Origin: Paragordius varius | Taxonomy: Eukaryota; Animalia; Nematomorpha | Assembly (NCBI GenBank): GCA_964247055.1 | Contig: OZ176053.1 | Location: 12,586,001 to 12,650,000 of the forward strand | Reading direction: 5' to 3' | DNA: 64,000 bases | Shown: in pieces, positions 13,522 to 26,054 of the stretch | Layout: every line of letters begins with the position of its first letter | Position numbering within the stretch: position 1 is the first letter of the stretch | Notes under the pieces: model-generated | The model's database searches: none | What the model saw: the letters and a program-made list of their open reading frames with translations, nothing else | Told to the model about the DNA's origin: nothing | Position numbers and translations under genes: made by a program

Positions 13522-14044
13522 CAATAATTTAGGAAAATTATATAATTTTCTTAAGTGTAGCTGGATCCCATAAATTGACAAACCTGGTCAAAACATCATA
13601 GGTGGTATGAATTAAAAGGTATAAACACTAAACATGGTGAACTAAAAGCGAAATTGGGTAATTAATAAAATCAAAGATTAAATTATTTTTTAATATAATT
13701 TTTAAGCATTTGATAGTTCAGCAATTTATTATGAAAGTAATACGTTTAGACTGCACATTACAAGGCTAAAATTTTTGATAGATTCCTAATAATTGAAATA
13801 ATAAACTATACAATAACCGAGTACGCGTAAACAATTCTGTATTTGGCCACTTTAGCCGGTTCGTTTGCAGAAATGCCTTGCTTAATGTTCATTCACATGG
13901 TTCTAAGTTAGGGTGACCAGATTTTTTGAATGAAAAATCGGGACAAATCTGAGGAAGGGGGGGGGGCTACAACCAAAAATTTTTATACAAAAAATGTAAT
14001 ATTTATTTAAAATAAATATTTTATTCCTTCGTATATTTTTTATT

Positions 14045-15834
14045 TAAGGAATGCGTTTTAGCAAATTGTCATCATTTTTTAAAATAGTGTAGAAGTCTAG
14101 AAGAATTTGTCAAATTACATTTGACAGATAAAATGGCCTTTAAAGTTTCAACTTTTAAATTTGGTTTTTCCGATGTTCACAACACCTGATTTACTGTGGA
14201 AACGCGCTCTGTAGCAGCGTTGGTTCCAGGTAAAGATAGTGCCCACAATTTTGAAATATATTGTATGGAAATAGTTTGTTTCATAATGATAAAATATTTC
14301 TAACCATTTCTTTTCTATTGTATTTTTTCTGTTGTCCATAATTTAAGTTTTATATTATTAATATATTTTTAAACTAATGACACTTCAGAAAAAAGATCAT
14401 TTTCTGAAAAATTACTTTTTGGCAATTTTTGGATGCAGATGTAAGCAAATGATTTTCGAACATCGCACCAATTAAATTCTGGTTTTAATGTTATCCATTG
14501 AATATAATCAATTTCATTGAATCGCACCGTCCAGTCTTCCAAATCTTTACTTGTATAAAACATTTTTATATGGTACAGGATATCTTGGCGATTTATTAAG
14601 CCTTGTATTTCTAAATTATTTATAATATTGCGGATGCTTAAGGGTAGAAAATTATTTAACCTTTTTTGACATTAAAATTTTAGGTTAATAACTTCATTGG
14701 CTACTTCGATTGCCGAAATTTTGTCACCTTATCAATTTAATAACATTTTGAAAGAGAGAAGCTTGATTATGTAGGAACTCTAACCATAATTTTGAGGAAT
14801 CATTTTCAAAAAACTTTTTTACAGTTATAGGACATTTGTCCTGTGATAAAAAATAGGATTTTAAAAGATCATACATTTTTAAATTCTTTCGATAGCTGGC
14901 AGAAGAGTTAATTAACGAGTTTTACAATATCCAAGCATTTTTGTTGAACTTCTGCATTTTCATAGAATTTTAAGCGTTTCAACGCGTATCGTGTATATAT
15001 ATAAAAATAGGAATATATTTTAACAACTAAATTCACATCTAGGGGTAACAAATCAGCAGCTGTTTGTGCGTTGTGTATTATATGCGCTGCACACCCAACG
15101 CCAATAATTTGAAGATTATCTGCTAATTTATGAAAAACATTTTTTGTTCCCCTCCTTGCTTTTCCACCGAAGTTCGTATTGGTGTTGTCAGCGCAATATG
15201 CGATGATTTTGTATTTTATATAATTTTCTTCTAAAATATTGATTATTGAAGTAAAAATTATGTCGGAATTTTCAATGGGTAGAAAAATAAAATCTAAAAT
15301 CTTGATTTTTACTTCGTTTCTGGATCAAAAATCTTATTAAAGAAGGAAATAATTTTTTTCATAATGATTTGATGCATCAGAGTATAGCGTATGAAATTAA
15401 TTTTCAGCAAATCTTTTTGTATTTCAGAAAATGCATGTGGCGAAAGGACATTGCATACAATGGCTTCAGCTTTTGTACGGGCACATGTAAATTTTTTATT
15501 GAATAAGGTACGAACAACCTGTGAGGTACAATCCATAGATCAAAAGGAATGATTGCGATTAACGGCGTGAAAAGATAAAACGCCTTCGGCTGGTGCCAAA
15601 TTTATTTCTTCTCCAAAAGCGGTTTTTCGATAATAGCTCATTTTGTGAGATGATGCCGCCCTATCTAAACATTTTTTTATGTTTCAATGTTTCTATATGC
15701 TTATTAATATCATGCTTGTTGCCATGTGCTAGGGTGAATTCTCCCTCGCATAAAGAACATTTAATCTTCGATTTTTTGAGAAAAGGAAATTCTTTCATTA
15801 ATTCATTGTTGAATTTACAACCTCTTGAACTCAT
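14045..15834 (-). pseudogene. hAT transposase pseudogene of copy 3
   Basis: ATG at 15834: MSSRGCKFNNELMKEFPFLKK..KCSLCEGEFTLAHGNKHDINKHIETLKHK (C2H2/BED-like). MDCTSQVVRTLFNKKFTCARTKAEAIVCNVL parallels copy 1. Frameshifted. Confidence 0.85.
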
Positions 15835-16080
15835 ATTTTTAAACTAATATTTGTATAAAAAAATATTATATTACCTTTATTTTCTGGAGTAAACGTATAA
15901 GCTACTGATTTGTAGTATTAATTTGTCTTATAATATTGTCAGGTAATATAACTAAAATATTAGCATAAGAAAATAATTTATTACCTTAATTTGCTGGAGT
16001 AAACGTATAATATACCGATTTGTGGTATTAATTTGTATTTTTGGTAATGTTGGAAGTAGGAGAAGGAGTAGCAAAGTGTA

Positions 16081-16943
16081 TAATCTATATATTTATAAAA
16101 ATGGAAAATGCTGGCTTTGTGATCTGGTACAGGAAAACCGGTAGACCCAATCAAATCAAATATCGAAACAATATAATCATTAATAAATGTCCCGACAATA
16201 GATTCGCCCTTTTTTTTGAAATAGGCCCCCAGTTCGGGCCCACCCCGTGTAAAAAACAGGTTCAAACAATTTTCTGGAGAACGTGTTGGACCATTCAATT
16301 TCAAATATGATTTTTGTTTACTTATTTTTGATCGCGCCGAACATAGTCGTCTCACTTTTTTGATTTAGGTCTCTTTTTACTCGCTACCCCCGTAAATTGC
16401 CATTTTTTTCAAAAAAAACAAAGTCCACAAAAATAATTTTTTGATTGTATTTTTTTTCCCAAGATATGAAACTGTAAAAATTCAATAAGGATTCCACGTA
16501 TTCCCTGTTAAAAGGCAATTTAGTCAAGCGTTTCTTTGATGATAGCTGCTGTGTGAGTATCTATCATATGCATAGGATGTTAAAAAATATATGATAATAA
16601 AACATTATTTATGGTAATCTATATATTTATAAAAATGAAAAATGCTGGCTTTGTGATCTGGTACAGGAAAACCGGTAGACCCAATGAAATCCAAATATCG
16701 AAAAAATATAATCATTAATAAAAGTCCCGACTTTTGAAATAGGCCCCCAGTTCGGGCTCACCACGTATGAAAAACGGTTTTTTAAGAAACAGAAGTCCAC
16801 AAAAATCGTGTCTTTGAGACAATTTTCTGGATGTGTTGGTCCATTCTATTTCAAATATAATTTTTGTTTACTTATTTTCAATTGCGCCGAACATAGTCGT
16901 CTCACTTTTTTAATTTAGTCCCACTTTTTACTCGCTACCCCCG
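16081..16943 (+). repeat. ~320-bp direct duplication (16081-16391 and 16615-16943) in the expanded 5' region of hAT copy 3
   Basis: Both copies run from TAATCTATATATTTATAAAAATG.AAAATGCTGGCTTTGTGATCTGGTACAGGAAAACCGGTAGACCCAAT to CTCGCTACCCCCG. Confidence 0.9.
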
Positions 16944-19439
16944 GCCATTATCCCCTCAGAAGTCCGAAGGACTTCCTCGGGCTGTGTAGTAGCACGAGAT
17001 TTACGCTAGCCATATGATATATTTAAAAATAAAAAATTTTAATCTAAAATTGATATAGATTTTAAAGATAACTAATGATAAAATAAAACGAATGAAAAAA
17101 TAAATATTTTAAAAAATTTAAATGTATTTAAAATTTTTTTTATATAATCGTGAAAAAGCGGGACATTTCAAAAACGTAGCGGGACGCGGGACAAAGTGTG
17201 AAAAATCCGGGCTGTCCCGCCAAAAGCGGGACGTCTGGTCACCCTAGCCTAAGTGTTAGCAACTATCACAAAATGACAAATAAAAAAAACTGCAGTTTCA
17301 TGGTTTTTTTATAAATTTCTTATCCTACTATGAAAAAAACTATGTGTAATTAATATATCTGGGGTTAAGCCCATATATAAATATATAAAATGGCAACTTA
17401 TCCCTGTCATCATTACTATTGGGTCAATTTTTAGTAGGTATATCAAATGATATCGAAAAGTATTTGGTGTTATGGTAACATTATTAAACAGAAATTCAAA
17501 AGTAATGTAAAATTGAGACTCTCAAATTTTTAAAGGACCCAAAAACAGTGAAAGTATAATCTTGTTTAAGGATCATTATTAAAACGGAAGTTTGTGTGAT
17601 ACACCGAGGGTTACTAAAACAGTATAATATAAACAAATATCGGTTCTTTAAATTTTTAGCTTTTGAAGTCCATATAATTGGACAGCTTTAAACTTATTTT
17701 ATTATGCAAGAGTTTGCGAATGTTTTTGCGACATATTTTATATAAATTAGCTAACCTCCGTTCCAAAATAGGATTTAACAAATGTCACCAAATTCATTTG
17801 ATAATTGTAAAAATAAAATTTTTGATGCGGCACCACAATTTTAATGAATTTCAACACAAATGGTAATGGAGAAAAATTGGAATCGGCTAAACCAAGATTG
17901 ATAATAAAATCACAAAATTAATTAATCTCAATTTCTCCCGTTGGAATGATTGAATGACCAGATTGAAAATCTGTTTATTTATTTGGCGCTCTAGCGATTT
18001 AAATTGTGTTTGGACAGTTTTTCGATTGATAATATTGGTCCAAACAATTTAATTAACCACAGAATCAAAAAATTTTTTAAAAATGAAAAGATGAATATAT
18101 TATTATTTATCAAATGATTACAACAAGCTTTATAATTAATCAAACATCAATGGCAAAATATCAAATTTTATTAGTTAGCCTGTGCCATATTTCCACCAAA
18201 TTATTATCGTTTTCAATTCTATCAAAATAATCATAAAAAACTTTCAAATGCTTGTTTGAAAATTAAATCAATATAAATATATGTTTTATATCGTTAGCAT
18301 ATTAGCCGTTAAAATTTTAAAACATGTATTTATGTTTGTTATTGTGTTGAAAATGACCTTCATCCTATCCATATATGACGTAAAATAATCAATGTATTTA
18401 AGTTATTCGAAAATCTTTTAATTGAAAATTTTTTTATAAATTTTTCTACTCAAAAAGGGATATTTTTTACTCAAATTAAATATATTGACTAGGTATTTTA
18501 TTGCGAATAAAAATAATTTAACTTACTTGGTTATTGTTCTATTATTTTAATTCTTGATGACTGGTCCTATCTTAATACCATCTTGCTTTATATGTCCCTA
18601 ACCATCCCTCCTAAAAATATTTTGTTTTCAAGGGATCCAATTTTTTTAATGTGTAATCTAAAAAGGTAAACTTTCGTTTGTCAGCGTTTTTAGGGTGTGT
18701 GTGTCTCTAAAATATCTTCTATCATTAATAAATCGCCCACTCTAGTGCCATGTTCCAATCTTGGAGCATTCATCAATTTTGCTATTGATATTTTACGAGT
18801 TTATTTAATATGACCAGATAGAATTTACAGTAAAAAATATTATTACATGTAACTGGAAAAGATACATTTTTTATGCACCATCTTTAATTTTGAATACGGA
18901 AAATTAATATATAATCACTGCGAAAAACATAAAAATAGTATACAATCAGCCCAAAAATGGCTTGGCGGCCTCATTTTTACTTTAAAAAATATTTGCAAGT
19001 CAGATTGAAAAGCAACATTACATATGAGCTTTGCTATAAAATTTAAAATTTTTGTTAAGTGTATGAAAAATTCCCCTTGATTCACAATTATTTTTTTGAA
19101 TCATAATTGTTATTGTAATAATGGTAAACAAGGGATTTTCGCCATTCTCACAAGATCAATTCAATATCTGCAATAAAAATCAATGTGTATTATTTTTAGA
19201 CAAATAATTTCCATATTATCGAATTCATATTACATATATGTATTTGAATATAAGTATAATAATACATTCATGTATATGTACAAGCTGGTCTTATCTATGA
19301 TTTAGGTGGCAACATTTGTATTTATTATAAAGAAATTGTTTTATTGGCTCTCAAAAAAGGGGGGGAGGGGGTCAAGAATTTTAGGCCCCGCGCTCCGCAA
19401 ATGCTCGACCACTGCTCCAAAAGACAATTTTTTAACCTT

Positions 19440-21300
19440 ATAAAATGAGTATTTACATTAAATAAACGCAAAAATGCCGAGATTGTGCGAAAATTTAAAT
19501 ATATGTTAAAATATCAACTATATTAAAAATGCATACTTTCAAAAATCAATTTTTAGCAAATTTTATTGTCTCGTGCTTTATGCTATTTCGAGGCATAAAA
19601 ACAGTTTAAAAACGATTTATGATATTTAAGACCCTTGCCTTTTATTGTCCGCGATGACATTTTGGAATGAGTTTATCGCAAAACTCAATTTTGTAAATAA
19701 CTACTGTTTTGAAATGTTAGAAATTTAATTATCACACCTTGTTCTTCTGTATTAGATCAAAAAGCTTATATTTTTTTACAGTATTGTGACTTCTAGAGCC
19801 TGGGACAGCTCTAAAACACGATACAATCAATCTACTGATAATTAATAAATATCAAATTTTTGCTGGTAAAATGCAACTTGAAAGCTTCTAAAATTAATTA
19901 CATATTTACACCCTAAATATATATTTATTTGTCTATTAGCGATTTAAAAAAACTAAAGAAAAAAAATGACGGCGAAAGTTTGAGATGAGGTTTTTTAACA
20001 ATTTTACATATTAAATTTTTTTATTGTTATGGGCCTAAAAGAAAAATATATTTATTCTAGCCCAAATATTTTTTGAGTAATAATCGGGTATAAAACTACT
20101 TCAAAAAGAAGTTTAATTTTGACACAAAAAAATTTTTTTGTGAAAAAAGGATATTTTGCCAAACGTCCTATATAAGGGAATATTCAAAATCCTGAGAAAA
20201 TATGTATATTTAGAAATGTATCAAGATTATTATTATGCTTTTGGCCCTTACGAGTGATGTGATAAAGTTATTTACACTGTGGTAAGTGCTATATCAATCG
20301 CACATTTTTATTAAATTTTGGTGAAAAAGGCTTCATTCCAAAAATCACACCACATATAAAAAGGTAAACAATATTTATAAAATAGTCGCAAAAAGCCTTA
20401 AATATATTCCAAATTTTGATATACTAAAATATTAAAAATCATAAAAATTAATTTTTAGCAAAATTTTGTTGTATGGTAATTTATTCTATTTTGAGGTATA
20501 AAAACGGTATAAAAACGTTTTAAGATATCAGCACCTCATGACCTTTCTCTATTTTTGTCCGCGAATATATATCGTGGTTCATCCCACAAATCAATTTGTA
20601 AATAATTTTGTTTTGAATATTAATGTAACTAAAATTCAATTATCCCTAGGCATTAGACAAAAGACTCACCTAGAGTTTAAACAGTCCCTAAACACGACTG
20701 AACTAAACAGCTGATATTAACACTTCGATTTAAAATCGGGTATTTAAATGCCCCAGACTATACTTAAATTAAAATTTTTAATAACTACTGAAAGAAACGG
20801 TTTCAATTTAAATTTCATGCTTCTATCATAATCAAAATTATATAAATAAGCCGAAATATCTAATTAAAATGGCTTTGAAAAAAAGTTCCATATCAAACTA
20901 CTTCGACACCATTTTATACAAGATTTTTGCAAAATATCGTGTTTATCTTTTGCGAAAATAAAAGCTAATTTTTTATTTAATTCACATCTAACATTGAAAA
21001 TTGGCCCTGGGGTATCCAACTACCCAATTTGATCCCAGGGACTGAAATGAATATGTTGTATCAATAAATATCAAGTCTTTGTTCTTAGGCGACTTCAAGC
21101 TTACTCAAGTTAATTTTTTACATTTTCTAACCATAATATATAATTTTTTGCTGATTGTATTAGCGATTTAAAAAATAGATAAAATAGCGGCAAAAAAGTT
21201 TGAGATATGCAACAAAAGAAAGCATATTTTTAAATTGGCCTAATACCATTTTTGCCTTTTTCCATTAAATTTCAACGTCTGATATAAAACTACTCAAAAA
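19440..21300 (+). repeat. Mosaic of degenerate copies of an unclassified dispersed repeat family
   Basis: 20720-21065 matches 28597-29130; 19785-20000 matches 60470-60690 and 21060-21210; 20210-20260 (TTTTGGCCCTTACGAGTGA) matches 12130-12185. Confidence 0.7.
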
Positions 21301-21743
21301 GGTCAGGAAATTCTAAATGAACTCGCTTTCTATATTTAGTTGTTGAACATTTCTATTTCATCTTTATTTATGTTTTGTATAGCAGGTGTTCTTCACAAAA
21401 ACTCAGGCCCATGTGAAGGTTGAAAAAATGTTCATACATTCGTTCTTTTGGTGAAGATAAAAAGCTCATCCTACATTCACTTGCGTGCTATAAAACGAGC
21501 ATATAAAATTGAGGATCGTAGGATTTTTAATACTTAATAACTTTTGAACTATATGGAATTTTTGAATTCTGAAAAGTGTTCCAAATAAAGTAAACACTAT
21601 ATTATAATATTTTAGCTGACAAAAGATTATTTGTTGAAAGTATTATAAAAAATTATAATTATATTACAAGGCTTGGGTATTTTTTATTAATTAGCTCTAA
21701 TTTTTAGTCCAGTATAATTTTCGTTGGCAAATAAAACTAAAAA

Positions 21744-23092
21744 ATGCCATATAATTACTATCCATCAACATTCGACACTATAGTGGATAATCCTGGGTAT
21801 ATATCATATTTTAATCGTCCAAGTAAGTTTCTTAAATCTTTTTTTTCTATTATTTATAGGCTTGGTCTCATATCTCAGACATCATCCAGTCTGAGTCTGG
21901 CTACTTGTTCAGCGACTGTTCCTCCTCAAAGGATCGAAGCTCGGGTTCCTGCTCGGTATATTTATAAATTCATTTATCCATTTTGCATTTTGTATATCTT
22001 ATATTTATAGGTTTGGTCCCATCCCACAGACAACATCTAGTCCAAGGCTGGCTATTCGTTCAGCGACTGTTCCTCCTCAAAGGATCGAAGCTCGGGTTCC
22101 TGCTCGGTATATTTATAAATTCATTTATCCATTTTGCATTTTGTATATTATATATTTATAGGTTTGGTCCCATCCCACAGACAACATCTAGTCCAAGGCT
22201 GGCTATTCGTTCAGCGACTGTTCCTCCTCAAAGGATCGAAGCTCGGGTTCCTGCTCGGTATATTTATAAATTCATTTATCCATTTTGCATTTTGTATATT
22301 ATATATTTATAGGTTTGGTCCCATCCCACAGACAACATCTAGTCCAAGGCTGGCTATTCGTTCAGCGACTGTTCCTCCTCAAATGATCGAAGCTCGGGTT
22401 CCTGCTCGGTATATTTATAAATTCATTTATCCATTTTGCATTTTGTATATCTTATATTTATAGGTTTGGTCCCATCCCACAGACAACATCTAGTCCAAGG
22501 CTGGCTATTCGTTCAGCGACTGTTCCTCCTCAAAGGATCGAAGCTCGGGTTCCTGCTCGGTATATTTATAAATTCATTTATCCATTTTGCATTTTGTATA
22601 TCTTATATTTATAGGTTTGGTCCCATCCCACAGACAACATTTAGTCCAAGGCTGGCTATTCGTTCAGCGACTGTTCCTCCTCAAAGGATCGAAGCTCGGG
22701 TTCCTGCTCGGTATATTTATAAATTCATTTATCCATTTTGCATTTTGTATATTATATATTTATAGGTTTGGTCCCATCCCACAGACAACATCTAGTCCAA
22801 GGCTGGCTATTCGTTCAGCGACTGTTCCTCCTCAAAGGATCGAAGCTCGGGTTCCTGCTCGGTATATTTATAAATTCATTTATCCATTTTGCATTTTGTA
22901 TATCTTATATTTATAGGTTTGGTCCCATCCCACAGACAACATCTAGTCCAAGGCTGTCTACTTGTTCAGCCACACTACCCATCCCACAAACGGCATCAAC
23001 TACTTTAAATTCTACTATTAATCCTAATCGGTAGTTTGGGATTTATAATTTTGCATTATAGACAGAACACACCCATGGGATCGAAGCACTAG
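21744..23092 (+). CDS. Putative cargo gene: Pro/Thr/Ser/Arg-rich repeat protein (~289 aa) built from tandem 96-nt exons
   Basis: Model: 21744..21796; seven 96-nt exons starting at 21860, 22011, 22162, 22313, 22464, 22615 and 22766; 22917..23030; 23062..23092. Total 870 nt, open. Repeat peptide RFGPIPQTTSSPRLAIRSATVPPQRIEARVPA. First-exon donor choice is uncertain. Confidence 0.65.
21860..22960 (+). repeat. 151-bp tandem array (~7.5 units) = 96-nt GC-rich segment plus 55-nt GT...AG AT-rich segment
   Basis: Period is exactly 151 and units are nearly identical. Each unit has CG|GTATAT...TTTATAG|G. Confidence 0.97.
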
Positions 23093-23682
23093 AGTGTGTT
23101 CAATTGATAGGTTCATTTTTGTGCGCCCCCATAATAAAATCTAGCATTTAAAAAGTAGACTCTTTTCCAGTCATCGACGTTTTACTAGATTCCTGTGGTA
23201 TTTTTTTGGGACGGGTCGAGCTCAAAATAGAGTTATTTCAATATTTACATAATTGGCCTTAATCAAAATTTAAATTACGATGAATATCGCATTTTTTAAA
23301 TGGACGATTTCTTTTTGCATTAACTTTAGAAACAGGGTAGTATTTTACCTAATTGAGGTTCGGGTCTTTAAGGGCCTATATAATACATGCCATTATAATG
23401 AAAAATAAACATCATGATTTATCAATATTGTTTAATATATTATATTACCAAAATTGATTAATTTAAAATTATATTTTTTCTAAAAAAAATCACATAGGCA
23501 TAAATAAGGCGAATCTGGCTCATTAGATAATATTATTCTAACTTTTTTTAACTTAACTACCCATCCTAAAACTATTACGAAATTTTAATTAGTCAGAAAA
23601 TGTTAATAAAATTTGATCCAAATATTTAAGTATCTTTATGTAACATAGTCTTATTATAATGTTTTTTTAAAAATTAATTCAG

Positions 23683-25031
23683 ATATTTCATTACAATATT
23701 TTCTTAATAGTGTCCGGAAACATAAAAAAAACATCCGACGCGACATATCTCCCTCGCAACTCAATACAATTTTACGATTTTCGTCTGACAGCCTTGATTT
23801 TATTACAAACCAGATTTTTCCTCAAGAACACATGCCTAAACGAAGAAATAAAACTCTAACCTACAGAAAAATGGTCGAAATATTCATACGATATCTTAGC
23901 GATCCGGGGCACCAGTCTGGTGTAGCTCTCGATTTCGGAGTGGATCGCTCATACGCAACGAAAATTATAAAGTTGGTCGCAGCAAGATGTGCGCGCTTAA
24001 GAGGTAAGTGGATTGTATTTCCTCGTAACCAAATTGAAATGGAGACCGCCAAAGAAAAATGGGCAGCCAAATACAAATTGACGCAAATAGTGGGTGCAAT
24101 CGATTGCACCCACATTCATATTAAGAAACCAACCAAATTTCCCAACGATTTTGTTAACCGCAAAAAATACCATTCCATCAATGTCCAGGCGACGGTGGAT
24201 GCCCAAGATAAAATAACCTCTCTGGAGGTTTGGTTTCCGGGTGGGACCCACGATGCTAGGATTTATAAAAATAGCCCGCTTTGTAAGGATATGGAAACGC
24301 TAAGTGAACACGGGAGCCTTCTGGGTGATAGTGGATACCCCCTATCACGATCCATTATCACTCCTATAAGGACACCTGTTTCTTCTCTTGATAAGAGATT
24401 TAATTATTATCACAGTCGGGAACGATGCTTGATCGAGCGTATTTTTGGGATTGTCAAACGTATATTTCCTATTTTAGGAAATAGGGTCCGAGTGGGAGAA
24501 TATAGTATTGGGAATATTATACAGTCCTGTTTTGTACTATATAATATTGGTAAGCATATATTTTTATTCTTATTATAATAACTTTAAACACACTTAAGTA
24601 TTTAGTATGATTATTTTTGCTTATGCTATACATAAGGTGACCAGATTTTTAACCGGTTATATGATGGAACCCGGTTTTAAGATGAGAACCGAAACCGTTT
24701 TAAAATTTTAAGAACCGTTTTGGTACCTCCAAATTCAAATTCAGTTCCAAAATCTGATATTTATTTTATTTTTGCGTATTTTGTATATATTTCGATAGAT
24801 ATCTATCGTAAAACAGACTATCGAAATATATTGCGGCCCGCACGTTTTTGACTCTACACTTACATCATATTATAAATAGGAATACATTTAAGATTAGAGA
24901 GAACCGATGAAGAGGAGTCGCCTACTGATTGTAGTTTATCGGAAGATATCAATATAGATCTGGAAGACCGAACAGATGGACACTTAAGGAGACAGGAAAT
25001 TATGCGACATTTATTATTTAATTATTCCTAA
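23683..25031 (+). CDS. Harbinger DDE transposase (DDE_Tnp_4/HARBI1-like); exons 23683?..24549 and 24880..25031, start exon unresolved
   Basis: Motifs GAIDCTHIHI, VNRKKYHSINVQA, GGTHDARIY, LLGDSGYPL and ERCLIERIFGIVK (D-D-E intact). The frame is open upstream of the called ATG (LRFSSDSLDFI). The spliced last exon gives an acidic tail ending GHLRRQEIMRHL. Confidence 0.92.
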
Positions 25032-26054
25032 CATGTAACATAATAAAATAATTATAATTTATTTTTTATTTCAAATAATAAATGAATAATGGTGTCAAGT
25101 TTGTCTCCCATGTTTCTGGTATACCGATCCATGTAATCTGTATCATTTTTTTTTTGAACGAGCCGACAACCCTTGTAAATATAATTAAAATATAATTTAT
25201 TTTTTAATAAATAAATATATGTTTATTTTTTTAATAACCAGTAACTTAGGCATTTTTTTAAATAATATCAGCAATCATATATGTACCTTGTCCGTTGATT
25301 TATCTTGTTATTGTAAGAACATAATATATATAATACTTGTTAAAATAGAAAATAAATATAAGGTGTGTTAACAAAATTATTGGATACCTTTTGGACGTTT
25401 TGGGAAACTCATTTTTATGTAAGATATAGATCAGGGCAAAGATCGCCAACATTTTTTCTCGCATACTTTTTAGGAAAAAAAATTAACGCGGGCACATGAA
25501 TATAAAGTATTAAAAAACTTTGTTATTACTTAAATACAAGATGAAAATATGTATCTCTTTAATTAAGGATTAGCACAGGCCATTTTAAAATAAATATCAA
25601 GAAAATTAAGTTATAATTTTGTTAAGGGAAAACTATGCAAAAATGTTTATTTACAATTTTATTCAGGCGGTTATGTTTTTAGATCTCGCGGTCAAAAAAT
25701 CCACTGTTTGGCCACATAGATGTTTGACGAGCTTTATTAATAAAAATCCTAGTAAAACAAAAGTTATATCAACAATTAATATAAAATATTTTTTCATTAA
25801 TGTTTTTTACATTATAACAAATATATGACACAAATTTTCGCCAATTAGCATATAACACAAAAAATTTGGCAAAAAATATTTTACTTTTTTGCATTTTATA
25901 TTCAATGATTTATTAAAGCCCATCTTTACTCTATATTGAAAATTGCGTCTCCCATAACGTACAAAAGGTGCCATTAAAATTTGTTACACTATGTATATAT
26001 ATTAAACCAGATCTCGTCTTCTTTCAGAATAGTAAGCCATATCCGCATAATGAC

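Larger units (their letters stand above)
13909..17246 (-). mobile_element. Full-span hAT (Blackjack-like) copy 3 with defective transposase
   Basis: TIRs TAGGGTGACCAG (13909-13920) and CTGGTCACCCTA (17235-17246). 8-bp flanks TTCTAAGT / GCCTAAGT (6 of 8 match, eroded TSD). TAGGGTGACCA ends are typical of hAT-Blackjack elements. Confidence 0.9.

Noticed and set aside
16940-17010. Possible hammerhead ribozyme around the GAAGTCC hairpin
   Set aside because: No CUGANGA/GAAA core in the required arrangement on either strand.
21983-23034. Six overlapping ~109-aa ORFs (MHFVY...) in the ORF track
   Set aside because: Artefacts of reading through the 55-nt introns of a 151-bp repeat, which shifts frame each unit.
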